Shown here: piece by piece, positions 36,590-49,805 of the stretch
Numbering within the stretch: position 1 is the first letter of the stretch
Layout of the letters: the number at the start of each line of letters is the position of its first letter
Assembly (NCBI RefSeq): GCF_001194135.2
Contig: NC_068997.1
Location: forward strand, 47,092,597-47,156,596
Length of the DNA stretch: 64,000 nt
From: Octopus bimaculoides
Lineage: Eukaryota
Direction: 5' to 3'
The notes under the pieces: generated by a model
The model's input: the letters and a program-made list of their open reading frames with translations, nothing else
What the model was told of the DNA's origin: nothing
The model's database searches: none
Position numbers and translations under genes: made by a program

Positions 36590-37190
36590 ATGACTGCGTT
36601 GTGAGAAGTAAAAGACAGCAAGCTTCCGTAAGCGTGGGCGATCTGCTACAAATTGGTCACTACTTTGGAAGAGTAATTAACCTCGTTAGAAAATATATAT
36701 GAGATAAATAAGTGTTCTTCTACGACAAATAGACGGACATGAGTGTTGGTTTTACCACACACACACACATACATATTTACTTACATGGATTTTGGACATA
36801 CGGCGTTGTGAGATGCACAAGACAGTTAGCTTCCGGTAACGTGGGCGATTTACCGCAATTCGGCACACATCTTATGAAGAATAACTAGCTTCGTTAGAAA
36901 TATATATGTTAGATAAATAAGTGCTGTCAACGGCAAATGAACTGATGTGTGTGCGTTGACATTATCACACATGTATATATTTTCTTACGCAGCTTTAAGT
37001 CTTACCACGTGATGAGACGCACAAGGCAGCTAGCTTCCGGTAACATGAGCAATTTGCCGCAGTCCGGGACACCTCTTGGGAAGAATAACTAGCTTCGCTG
37101 AAAAGATATTCCTTAGGTAAATAAATGTTCTTCAACGACAGATAAACGGATTTGTGCGTGTTGACTTTATCACAAGTATATTTATTTCCA
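36590..37190. repeat. Three diverged tandem units of about 205 bp
   Basis: Units start at about 36596, 36803 and 37007; shared blocks agcttccg, gggcgat, gaagaRtaa, tcgttagaaa, gataaataagtg. Confidence 0.85.
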
Positions 37191-37849
37191 AACAAACCTT
37201 AAGTTAGTTCAAATATGTCTCTGCCATAAAGGCAAATTCACTGCAGACTACTGTGTAGGAAAAAATTCTCGCTTTATAGTAATAGATGTAAAAACACCAT
37301 TGCCAGTCCAGTGGCTCCCTCTTGTGGAGCTCTAAATGAATTTCTAGCTTTTTACGCCGTCCTCATTAGAGGATACCGAAGAGAGATAACCCTGGTCTGA
37401 CTAAAATTTTAGGTCAGATCAAATATGTTTGAACTAACCTAATGTTTGCTTATTTTCCCATGACTACTTCGCACTACTAATTATGTTCTTGTTCAGATCA
37501 GGAGGTTTACGAGCGTAGGTCAGTCACTGATTTGATATTTATTATAAAGCTTCAGTTTTAATCAGGGTGGTGCCCCAGTATGGCTGCTGTCTCATGGCTT
37601 GAACGAGTAAAAGATATTGACCGGATTATTCCATAATAAACGACACGCCTACATTGTAGTTCTTATACTTGTTCGCATCCGTATTTGGCTCATGAGCTGG
37701 TAAATGGCTCCTGCCTTGTTGGTTCTATAATTCATATCACATCCTATGCTTCCTTCACACTATACCATTCTCTATAACACTTCCCAGATAGGAGAAATGA
37801 TGAGGCAAATAAATGATGAGAAATAATACTGAGAACACAAAAAGGTTAA

Positions 37850-38170
37850 AAAAAAAAAAGGAAAGGAGTTTGGCAGGGCTGTATTCTTTTTTCCTGCTTG
37901 TTCAAGATCTACATTAAGTAGATAATGCGACAAGCAGTACAGGAAGAAGACAGCAGGAAAATACATGGCTTACATACTACTAATCGAAGGTATCCAGGCG
38001 ATATGTCTCTATTTGCCAAGGTAGTTTCCATACGTACCACAACCTGAAATGGCCTTTCAAATACGAGTCCATTTACAACAAAATGCTGACGTTAATGTTG
38101 AATATTTACAACGAATCAGAAACACTCAAGCACAACTCCGATAATGGCTACAGACGATAGCGAATGGAGG
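37850..38170 (+). mobile_element. RTE-clade reverse transcriptase remnant
   Basis: From 37865: GVWQGCILFSCLFKIYIK*IMRQAVQEEDSRKIHGLHTTNRRYPGDMSLFAK, a decayed GVRQGCILSP.LFNIY...NLRYADD..LFA. Confidence 0.8.
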
Positions 38171-38370
38171 TCTTTCGCTCTATTTCGTTATTCAGTTACG
38201 ATAGATATATAAGTAGACCCCGTATAGCTTCTGAATATATTATTGTATATAAAGTTCGGTCGATTTAACGTGACATTTTTTTAAAGAGAACAAGTCTTCC
38301 TTGTAACCAAATATGTACACATATGCATAATATAGAACTATATCTATATTTGTATCTATCTATATGTATG

Positions 38371-38402
<32 letters not shown>

Positions 38403-38703
38403 TACCTATNNNNNNNNNNNNNNNNNNNNNNNNNNNNNNNNNNNNNNNNNNNNNNNNNNNNNNNNNNNNNNNNNNNNNNNNNNNNNNNNNNNNNNNNNNN
38501 NNNNNNNNNNNNNNNNNNNNNNNNNNNNNNNNNNNNNNNNNNNNNNNNNNNNNNNNNNNNNNNNNNNNNNNNNNNNNNNNNNNNNNNNNNNNNNNNNNNN
38601 NNNNNNNNNNNNNNNNNNNNNNNNNNNNNNNNNNNNNNNNNNNNNNNNNNNNNNNNNNNNNNNNNNNNNNNNNNNNNNNNNNNNNNNNNNNNNNNNNNNN
38701 NNN

Positions 38704-38745
<42 letters not shown>

Positions 38746-39232
38746 TGTGTGTGTGAGTTTGTGCGTGTGTGTAAGTGTGTGTGTGTGTGCATGTATTTAT
38801 ATGTGTGTGCGTATACATATATACGTATATATGCTTGCATATATATGAACACGAACATATATGCAAATATAGGATACATTTATCTATACATAAAATTGTA
38901 ATACAGACATACGTACATGCGTGTCAGTATTAACATCATATAAAGAGATAAGATTTCATGTTTACTCAAAAGGAGCTTGAAGTATATACACACATACGCG
39001 CAAATATATACATTGCAAGAAACAAAATTGTATCTTTAGCCATGCATTCAACTAAAGGAACGAATGCATAACATATATATACAAGCGTGAATGTTTAACT
39101 GTGTACACGTATATATGTGTGTAAACATAGTATGTACATATTAGCACTTGCATTGAGAATACATTTGTAAATAAATTTGTTTGCAGATATATACATGCTA
39201 ATATATATGAAAGTAAAAAGATGGCCCAAGAT

Positions 39233-39276
<44 letters not shown>

Positions 39277-39442
39277 CGTATGTATGTATGCATGCATGTA
39301 TATATGTATTAAGTATTCCTGTCTCTGATCCTCCTTTCCTTTTTGGAGGTTTATCTCCCTGTCAGTCTGTCTCATCTGTATGACTTTCTGTTTGTCTCTA
39401 TCTGTACAATGTCTCAATCTGTTTATATTTATTTAGCTCTGT

Positions 39443-39476
<34 letters not shown>

Positions 39477-39655
39477 TTATTTTATTTGCTGATGTATGTA
39501 CAACTAGGCAAATATGTGTATACATATATATTCATATACACACACATATATACACACACACACACGTATATGCACACACACACACACATATATACACACA
39601 CACACACACATATATACACACACACACATATATACACACACACACNNNNNNNNNN

Positions 39656-39701
<46 letters not shown>

Positions 39702-40344
39702 CAATTATATAGATAGATAGATATGTAAACACTGATTCGTTTATACGTCTATATGTGAATATACGCATGCCCATATATATGTTTATATATATGTATATAT
39801 ATATATATATATATAGTCATACATTTATATATATACTCTGACATACATATGTACATACATACATACATACATACACACACAGATCCTTTCATACGTGCGA
39901 TGATGTTATTTCCATTCACGCTGCCAACATTCAGTTACTGACATCAAACACCCTCGTTTCACATTATACCTCCCCACACACTCTCTCGCATCCCGCATCG
40001 CTCCACAACTCCAATACTATCCTACCCCAACTCAAACAGTACCTCCGTTTCCACCAACTCTCACCATTCCCATAGAGTCCATCCAACGTTGCTAGTTGAA
40101 AAGAAAACAAAAAACCCCAATCACAAACAGTTTCTATTTAAATTTCTCTCACCCGTCAACTTCATTGTTTATTTTAAGTGAAATTATAAAGATCCCTTAA
40201 CGTATATAATTAGTCACCAGTGAATGTTTATGAATCTATATATATATATACACATGTGTATATATATCCAAGAATTTGTGTGTATATGTATGTATGCTTA
40301 TGTAAGCAATGTTTACACACACACATGTATGTATGTGTGTGTGA

Positions 40345-40384
<40 letters not shown>

Positions 40385-40869
40385 GCATAAATGGTTTTCT
40401 CACACACATAACTGTATGCAAAAGTGTAAATAGGTATTTAAAGAAAGCAAGTAAGAAAGTGATGTATATATAAATATTTTTATATGTATATGTAATTACA
40501 TTTATATATATATTCATACTTATATGTATATACATACATACGTATATATATATACACATATACACATATATATATACATACATATATATATGTATATATA
40601 TATATATAGACATATATGTGCGTGTGTGTGTGTTTTAGTTAAGTTTAAGTGTACGTATGTATATACATGTATATCTAGACGCTTGTGAAGCCCTGTTTAT
40701 CCACGACCACAATTTACACAAACACATTTGAACACATATAAGCATACAAACACACACACACACACACACACACANNNNNNNNNNNNNNNNNNNNNNNNNN
40801 NNNNNNNNNNNNNNNNNNNNNNNNNNNNNNNNNNNNNNNNNNNNNNNNNNNNNNNNNNNNNNNNNNNNN

Positions 40870-40922
<53 letters not shown>

Positions 40923-41504
40923 ATATAGAAAGCGCATACTGGTATTTTTTCCTGAAGAATTACAAGTCCTACACATTATTCACGATGAAGAAAGCACAGT
41001 GGCATTTTAAAGAGTATTTCAATAGAGCAAGTTGATAAAAAAAATTACAGCTTCCTACATTTCAAAACCATTTGTGATATAAGTATCACATAACCATCTT
41101 TATCGAATGCTTACTTGTTTGTATATGCACATGTATACGTGTATGTGCCTACATGTAGGTATGTACATGCATGTATGTACGTATCTGTGAATGTGTATGT
41201 GGGCGACATGCACAACAGTATTATCAACAATCCACCCGTTATTCATGTATTTTTCTAAGCATTTTGAATAACCCTGTATTAATGGTGTATCTCCATTTGT
41301 GTGTTTGTATAAGCATATGCATGTATGTGTGCGTGTAGGTGGGTGAGTGTGGATGTGTATGCGTGCGTGCGTGTGAGCTTGTATATATATATATATATAC
41401 TATATACTTAAACATACACACTCATGTGTGTACATATATGTTTGCATACATATATATCTATACATATATGTATGTATGTATGCATATGTATACATACATA
41501 TATA

Positions 41505-41541
<37 letters not shown>

Positions 41542-41639
41542 GGAGAAGTATGTTTTCTATTTCATAAGAAATTAGTAGCGTCCATGTGCATTTTTCTACA
41601 CACTTGCACTAATGTACACATAAATACTCACAGACGCAT

Positions 41640-41697
<58 letters not shown>

Positions 41698-42169
41698 GTA
41701 TGCGTTTGCGTGTATTTATATATATATATATATATATACATACACACACACATATACATATATGTACACATATATCGGTATACATGCGCGTGTGTGTGAG
41801 TACTTTTATGTATCATGAGAGTCTGCACTCCGCCACTTAACGCTATTCCACGACACATTACTATTCCCCTTTTAAGATCTGTTTAACATCTCTATTTGTA
41901 AATAAACCATACATGTTGGCATCGAAGGTTTATTTAGAAACTCATTTTTCACTGCTTATAATATAAGAGCAGCGCTGGGGCTGCCCGACTTCTGTTTCTG
42001 ACCGTCTCTTTCTTCGTTGCTCTTTCTGCGTATCTACGAGTTAAACCGATTAACCCTCGCTTTCTTTCACTTACTTACTCTTTCATTTCTCTTTCTTTTT
42101 AGAGTATGTATGTATATATGTATGTATATATGTATGTATATATTTATGTGTATGTATGTATGTATGTTA

Positions 42170-42470
42170 TTATTCAGTTTTATTGCATGATTCTTGCCAA
42201 TAGAGAAAGAGCCAGTTTCTAACCTAGATCCAAGTCTCCTCCATTGGAATTCCAGCGACATAAAACAAGGTACTTTTGTATAAATGTACGTATGTATACG
42301 TGCAGATGTGTATGTTTTATTCAATGCATTTTCTCGTACATATACTTGTATATCTAGACATGCTCATATTTAAATGATAAACTTTTGGAAAGCTTTACGG
42401 ATTTTAACAGTTCCAGCAATGGATTGGATCTATAATCTTCGAATCAGCTTTTTCCTTTCTGGTTTTGAGA
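42170..42470 (+). repeat. Unclassified interspersed repeat (family F); second copy at 57580-57850
   Basis: ttcttgccaatagagaaagagcc.gtttctaaccta.atccaa ... atctagacatgctcata..tttaaatgataaactt is shared between the two copies. Confidence 0.8.
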
Positions 42471-42525
42471 TGTCAGGTTTCTCAAGATTGGTATTTAAGC
42501 AGTATGTATGTATGCATGTATTTTT

Positions 42526-42725
42526 TTTTTGTTTCAGTCATTTTGACTGCGGCCATGCTGGAGCATTTCCTACAGTCGAACAATAGACCTCAGGGCTTAT
42601 TTTTTGTAAGCCTAGTACTTATTCTATCGTCGCTTTTGCCGAACCGCTAGGTTACGGTGACGTAATCACACCAGCATCAATTCTGAAGCGATGTTGGGGG
42701 GGGGGGGTCATAAACGCACACGCAC
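42526..42725 (-). mobile_element. SINE family B 3' half
   Basis: gtttcagtcattttgactgcggccatgctggagc...gtaagcctagtacttattctatc...tttgccgaaccgcta. Confidence 0.9.
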
Positions 42726-42739
42726 AAACATACACACAT

Positions 42740-43430
42740 AAACTGTCGTCTAAATTACACAAAAATGAAAATAACACTGACATCTCATTTTAACATATAT
42801 TTACCAAAATATTCTTTACTCCATGAGTAAATTTATTCAATAAAATCGCTAATGGCTTCAACCACGGCCTCCAGATGACTTCGGAATCTCCTGCAACTCT
42901 TCTGGATGGTCTCCTTGTTGTTCTGGATGTTGTTGAATGCTGCCATAATCTTTGCCTTCAGTTCATCTTTGGTGTTACAGCGAGTTTTGCTGGTCTCTCG
43001 CTCATTTGCGCCCCACACATTATAATGAAGGAGGGTTGCAGTCTGAGAAGTTAGGTGGCCAGATGTTAGGTGATGTGGTCACAGACATTGTCTGATAGTC
43101 ATGACTGTGTTCTCCTTCCTGTGTAACATGGTATACAGAGCTGTTGCCAGACACAGTGTCTTCCAGCAAACACCCTCTTGTGTTCTACTTCCTGTGTAAC
43201 ATGATATACAGACTCGTTGCCAGACACAGGGTCTTCCAGCAGCCACCCTCTTGACCGCGCGAATGCCAAGCAGTACAGCATGTTGCTTCCAAATTTCTGG
43301 CAGAGTAAATTGTGTCATGGTGCTGCTTTTCTCACAGACGGTGCTCAACCGACCCTACGATACTATACTTTTTAGTCGACAATATCAGAAAACAAACGGC
43401 GACAATTTAGCTATCACATCTTGTATGTAT
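42740..43430 (-). mobile_element. maT/DD37D-type Tc1-mariner deletion derivative with an internal 73-bp duplication
   Basis: The N-terminus MTQFTLPEIWKQHAVLLGIRA is fused to VKRVAAGRPCVWQ.., followed by VWGANERETSKTRCNTKDELKAKIMAAF...RFRSHLEAVVEAISDFIE. A TIR-like caagatgtgatagctaaattgtcgcc lies at the 5' end. Confidence 0.8.
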
Positions 43431-43434
43431 ATAT

Positions 43435-43469
<35 letters not shown>

Positions 43470-43477
43470 ATCTTTTT

Positions 43478-43529
<52 letters not shown>

Positions 43530-43545
43530 ATAGATAAATAGATAA

Positions 43546-43597
<52 letters not shown>

Positions 43598-43953
43598 GGT
43601 ATTTCACACAGTTTTTTTTTCTTTTCGACATGTGTATATTTGTCATGCAATTTATGCGTTTTCAATAAACTCAGAAATTAGCCTCGATGTTCATAGTAAA
43701 CAAATGGCTTCTGCACAGATGTTAACAACTAGGTGTGTTGAAAAATGGCTCCAACTAACTATTTCCTAGGTTCGTTTGACCTTCACCAATGTGTGTTGAT
43801 TAAAAATGTATACCGTACAGTTTCTAGTCAGGTAAGTGCTTGCGTACGACTATGTATGTATATATATATGCTGACGTGCGTGTCCCTTTCTCCATGCTTG
43901 TACATTTGGATGTTTCATATCTATGTCTACTTGGGTATGTGCCTATATATGTT

Positions 43954-43995
<42 letters not shown>

Positions 43996-44634
43996 CATAC
44001 CTATATATATATATATATATATGTATGTGTGACACCACATTTCCTGCTTAACACAAACTTTTAACCCTTTTTTTAAACCTAACAAAACTCCCAACTCTCA
44101 TGCATCCTTATTTTTCCTACCAGTTTATACATGAACTACTATTGAACTACAAAAGCTCAAAGACAATATAATGTATGGGTACATTTATTTTTTTATATAT
44201 TATTGTTTTATATATTATTTTCTTCATTTTGTACTTCTTTNNNNNNNNNNNNNNNNNNNNNNNNNNNNNNNNNNNNNNNNNNNNNNNNNNNNNNNNNNNN
44301 NNNNNNNNNNNNNNNNNNNNNNNNNNNNNNNNNNNNNNNNNNNNNNNNNNNNNNNNNNNNNNNNNNNNNNNNNNNNNNNNNNNNNNNNNNNNNNNNNNNN
44401 NNNNNNNNNNNNNNNNNNNNNNNNNNNNNNNNNNNNNNNNNNNNNNNNNNNNNNNNNNNNNNNNNNNNNNNNNNNNNNNNNNNNNNNNNNNNNNNNNNNN
44501 NNNNNNNNNNNNNNNNNNNNNNNNNNNNNNNNNNNNNNNNNNNNNNNNNNNNNNNNNNNNNNNNNNNNNNNNNNNNNNNNNNNNNNNNNNNNNNNNNNNN
44601 NNNNNNNNNNNNNNNNNNNNTATATATATATATG

Positions 44635-44669
<35 letters not shown>

Positions 44670-44678
44670 TTAATTATA

Positions 44679-45430
44679 TATTGGTTTGACAAGAAAGTAA
44701 TTTTGTTTTTCGCAAATAGATAGAGTTACGATTCTTTTGAATGACTTTCGTCAATTTTATGATTTTTTTCATTTTGACATTTGGTAGCTGTAACTTTTAG
44801 CTTTCTTTAGAAGCAAATTTCGCGTAATTTTGTTAACATCTGTTAGTTCAGTGTCAATTTTAACATACAGTGCAAAGACGAACATTTTCGCCATATTTTG
44901 CTTTTTCTTTCCGTAAAGGCAAGGGAGTTGCTGACGATCACAAAGCGATATGTGGAGCTTATGGTGTTGATTGCTTAACATAACGCACATGTTAGAAATG
45001 ATTTTAAAATTCCGTTCTGGAGATTTTTCACTCAAAGTTGACCAACATTCTGGTCGACGTACTAAAGTTAATGATGACTGAATCAAAGACATAATTGAAT
45101 CTGATTGCCATATAACTGAGCGAGAGATTGCAGAAAAGTTAAATAACAGTTGAAAATCGCTTAAAATGACTTGGATTCGTTAAGAAGCTCGATAATAAGA
45201 GTTCCACATAAATTTTTTAAGAATTTAGTGAAATTTTAAATGTGTTGTGTATTTTGAGCGGCTTCGAAAGAACCAAATGATCAGTTCAGATGTTTACTGT
45301 CAACAACTAATGAAACTGGAGGAAGAGATCAAAGAAAAATGGCTACAATTGACAAATCGTAAAGGAATCCTGCTCCACCATGACATCGCTACAATACACA
45401 CATCTTTGCTAACTCGTGAAAACTTATTTG
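44679..45430 (+). mobile_element. Decayed mariner with 5' TIR and internal deletion
   Basis: TA-ttggtttgacaagaaagtaattt TIR; EHFRHILLF..RKGK, ICGAYG, FRSGDFSL, SGR, then VYCQQLMKLEEEIKEK...NRKGILLHHD. Confidence 0.88.
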
Positions 45431-45465
45431 ATGTCGTGGAGCTACTGTGTATACCTCGCTCAGAG

Positions 45466-45521
<56 letters not shown>

Positions 45522-45687
45522 ATTGGGTTGGCAAGAAAGTAATTTCGAGTTTTAGTGGGGACTAAAGGCAAATAGTTGGTTTGGGACTTGCGCATTTCGT
45601 GTTTTCTTTGTACCCCACCATAATAACAACTTCATAAAAAATAAATTGGATAGTCTAACCTTGTTTTCAATATGTCATGCCTGAATA

Positions 45688-45892
45688 AGGCGACCAGCTG
45701 ACAGAATTGTTAGCACAACGAGGGAATCCCTTAGCGGTATTTTGTCCGTCTTCCCGTTCTGTGCTTAAATTACACCGAGGTTGCCTTTGCCTTTCATGCT
45801 TTCGAGGTCGATACAATAAATACCAGTTGAACACGGGGGTCGATGTAATCGATTAAGACCTTCCCCCAAAAATTGTGCCAAAATTAGAATCC
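45688..45892 (+). mobile_element. Full-length family A SINE, diverged
   Basis: aaggcgaccagctgacagaattgttagcac...ttgcctttcatgctttcgaggtcgat...gtgccaaaatt. Confidence 0.88.
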
Positions 45893-46291
45893 AATGTGTT
45901 ATGCTTGAATAAAAAGGTGTGATGGTCACAGTTGTGACGTCATTGATCAGAGGTTTCTAGTTAGAACTGATGTAGAAGTAAACATCACCAACTACAACTA
46001 CAACAACAGCAGCAATAAAACAGACAAAAAAGCACAACGGCTACGACCGTCTTAAAACATCACACAATGCAAACATATGACTCAAACAAAAACAAAACAA
46101 AAGAAAAAACAGGAGAGCTATGGCTGGAACGCTTTTGTCTATATGCCTTGTGGAAAAATGACGACCTGGGACTAAACAACAATAACGGCGACAAAAACAA
46201 CGTCAACATAAAATTATGTCTTGTACAACATGGCGTATTTCTCTTTCCGCTACAATGGCGTTCATAAAAGCTATTGAATCATATATTGTAC

Positions 46292-46322
<31 letters not shown>

Positions 46323-46937
46323 CAAACTTGGAGAACACTGCCGTCGTTTCACATTATTTAACGATGTAACGTTATACATAAATTATTACACGTCTCTAAA
46401 GCTCCGTCCTTCCATATGTCTATATAGACTAAGTCCAGTTACGAATAAAATATCTCGTTTCTGTATTATTACTACTTTCACCTTTGTCATTTCAGCCAAG
46501 CTTCTTTTCTTAACAATCATTGCTCGATAAAATACTAACACTATTCAATCAGCTTATGATAATTGCTGTCTACTGACAACCGATACAGAAGTCGTATGAT
46601 ACATACTTATCTACGAGTATTATATGTAGTTGTGCCTATGTTTTATGTTTTTTTGTTTTTTTGTTTTTTCCTGTTTCCTTCATATATTTTACTGTTTTTC
46701 AATACTACTTCATACATACATACATACGTAACTACACCGCTACCTATCTACAGGCACACGTACACACACACAAATAGATTGATAGATAAACAGACAGATA
46801 GATAAATAGACAGATATCGAGAGAGATCGACAAACAGACGAAGACAAAAAGACAAATAACAAAACAGTTATTGATATAGGTACCTCTATGTACACATGAC
46901 CGCAGTCGCATGACTGAAATTTAAAAAAGAATATATG

Positions 46938-47028
<91 letters not shown>

Positions 47029-47269
47029 GCGCGTGTGACTGCGCGCGTGTGTGTCTACGGGTGTGTATGTATGTATGTATTACACTTTTTAATGCACCGA
47101 TATCAAATGATGAAATAGCCAACTTATATGTATGTATGTATGTTGTGTGTATATATGTATTATGTAATACATAATACATATATACATACACGTACATATA
47201 TGTATACATGTATGTTTGTATATTTATATATGTGATTTGCGATAGTTATTCCGAAGCTATTCATTCTCA

Positions 47270-47725
47270 TTTAAAATATCGCCTGGGTCATCCGTGCCTT
47301 TCATTTGTTCGTATTGATAAATAAAAACGATACTACAGTCCAGGACGATGATTTAACGAAATTTGTAATAGTGTCGGACGGGATGTCATGTTCTATCTCT
47401 ACATCCAATACATTGTAGCTGTATAGGAAAATAAAAAGCGAATAAAATGGCGGTGACACCTCATTCAGGCGATGCGACTGATAGATAAGATCAGCAATGG
47501 CGAAATCATTGGCGGCGAAATTTCATGATTCTGTTCGAAGATCGACAACGGTGAGACGACATGTCCCTACCTCCGAAACCCGGAGTAGATAAAATAGGGG
47601 ACAACTGATGAAGGGAATGTTCTTTATGTTGCCTGTCGCGTTTATCTATTTGTTTCTTTCGTTGTTCGAAAAAAAAAGTTCGTTTTCTATGCTCTCGTTT
47701 CTCATTTTGTTCACGATTTCTTAGG
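47270..47725 (+). mobile_element. Possible Penelope-like 3' region or terminal repeat
   Basis: GC-richer unique-looking block ending caactgatgaaggg plus a T-rich tail, similar in layout to the other PLE-type ends here. No diagnostic protein motif. Confidence 0.35.
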
Positions 47726-47754
47726 TGTCCGGTACCGTTATATGCATGTATATA

Positions 47755-47827
47755 TACATATATGTGCAGGTATGTACATATATGTATGTATATATATATT
47801 TATATTATTACATATATACATACATAT

Positions 47828-47869
<42 letters not shown>

Positions 47870-48170
47870 NNNNNNNNNNNNNNNNNNNNNNNNNNNNNNN
47901 NNNNNNNNNNNNNNNNNNNNNNNNNNNNNNNNNNNNNNNNNNNNNNNNNNNNATATATTTATATATATATATGTGCAGGTATGTACATATATGTATGTAT
48001 ATATATATTTATATTATTACATATATACATACATATACAAATATATATATATATTTATATATATATATATGTGCAGGTATGTACATATATGTATGTATAT
48101 ATATATTTATATTATTACATATATACATACATATACAAATATATATATATATTTATATATATATATATAG
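47755..48170. repeat. Higher-order minisatellite with a 98-bp unit derived from TA/CA microsatellite
   Basis: atgtgcaggtatgtacatatatgtatg...ttatattattacatatatacatacatatacaaat recurs at 47762, 47971 and 48069. Confidence 0.9.
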
Positions 48171-48337
48171 TAATACATTAAGCATGTTATATACATAAAG
48201 ATGCATACATACATACATACGTAGTACGTATTTAGGTATATATGTATGTATATATCTATATATGCATACAAAAATTCATGTGGTTATGTGTGTGTGCGTG
48301 TGTGTCTGTGTGTGTCTATGTTTGTGTCTGTGTCTGT

Positions 48338-48645
48338 GTGAGGACGCATGGCCTAGCGGTTAGGATGTTACACTCACGATCACAAGATCGTGGTTTCAAT
48401 TCCTAGACCGAGTGATGCGTTGTGTTCTTGAGCAAAAACTTCGTATGACTCTGCTCTACGATGACTTCGATACCTGACGCGTGGCACACCGTGCACCTGT
48501 TCAGGCAACGTCGATTGGATGGAGGAAGAAGTGATCTAATGTACGGCATGTAATTCTAATTACTATAAATCTAATTACTATAAATAGTTTGTGCAGGTCG
48601 TTCGGCAAAATCTGGACGTTCATACGTCATCCTCGACGTGAGAGT
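48338..48645 (+). mobile_element. SINE family C
   Basis: gaggacgcatggcctagcggttagg...cacgatcacaagatcgtggtttcaattcc...gcgttgtgttcttgagcaa. Confidence 0.8.
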
Positions 48646-48854
48646 CTATNNNNNNNNNNNNNNNNNNNNNNNNNNNNNNNNNNNNNNNNNNNNNNNNNNN
48701 NNNNNNNNNNNNNNNNNNNNNNNNNNNNNNNNNNNNNNNNNNNNNNNNNTGTATACGTACCGTCACCTCTCGCTCTTTTCCATCGATTCAATAAGCATTC
48801 TGGTTGCTTAGGATATACATATATATATAGCAAACGCACAAACATATACACGTA

Positions 48855-48892
<38 letters not shown>

Positions 48893-49699
48893 CACATACA
48901 CACACACACACATATATATACACATCCATACATACCCTTTGTATATATGTAGAAATTAATACACACACATAAAAATATGCATGTGTGGAGGCACAACATA
49001 TATATATATAATTATGTATAAATATATATAAAAGCATATACACATACTCACATACACACACACACGCACATATATATATATATATACTTATAGGTATATA
49101 CATCCATGCACACATACATACGTACATACTACATAAGTAGAAATATATATATATACATACACACATACATACATAATACGAACATAGGTACACATGTACA
49201 AACATACATACGTATATACAGGCAAACATACATGCATGCATACATACATACATACATACATACATACATACATACATTATTTCAATAGGTAATTAAAGTA
49301 ATATTTCTTATAAAGTTTTTATCTTGATGGAAAACCTTCCTACCTCATTAGATCGGATTCTTTGTTTAATTATTTTATTTACTTCTTTTTGCAGCTCACA
49401 AACAATAAAAAATTAATTACGGATTTTAATTACATTTTATTTGTGAGGTGTAAGTTTTGTCACAGAGAATATCTTAACGTAGGTATAAGAGCATGAACTG
49501 GGGCCAAGTGGTACTTTCGTAGGTCATATGACCTACATTGTCTTGTGCATACGTATATATAATTACGTATGTGTGTGCCTGCGTGCGTGTTTGTGTGTGT
49601 AGGTTTAAGCATACACATGTTGAAAACAACACGTTCGACTGGTTTGACCTGAGGTAAATAAGTGCTTGGTCGTTAGCTTGAATAATTATATATATATTT

Positions 49700-49805
49700 G
49701 GAGCCTGGTGTTGCCATCCGGTTTCACCAGTCCTCAGTCAAATCGTCTAACCCATGCTAGCATGGAAAGCGGACGTTAAACGATGATGATGATGATGATG
49801 ATGAT
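49700..49805 (+). mobile_element. Probable RTE-type LINE 3' terminus ending in (GAT)n
   Basis: ccatgctagcatggaaagcggacgttaaacgatgatgatgat: short hairpin followed by a trinucleotide tail. Confidence 0.55.

Noticed and set aside
36590-37190. CRISPR-like repeat/spacer appearance
   Set aside because: Units are about 205 bp and diverged along their whole length; eukaryotic context and no cas genes.
47571-47616. GAAAC...CUGAUGA as a permuted hammerhead
   Set aside because: Helix I cannot form, and a competing gtccc/gggac hairpin explains the pairing.
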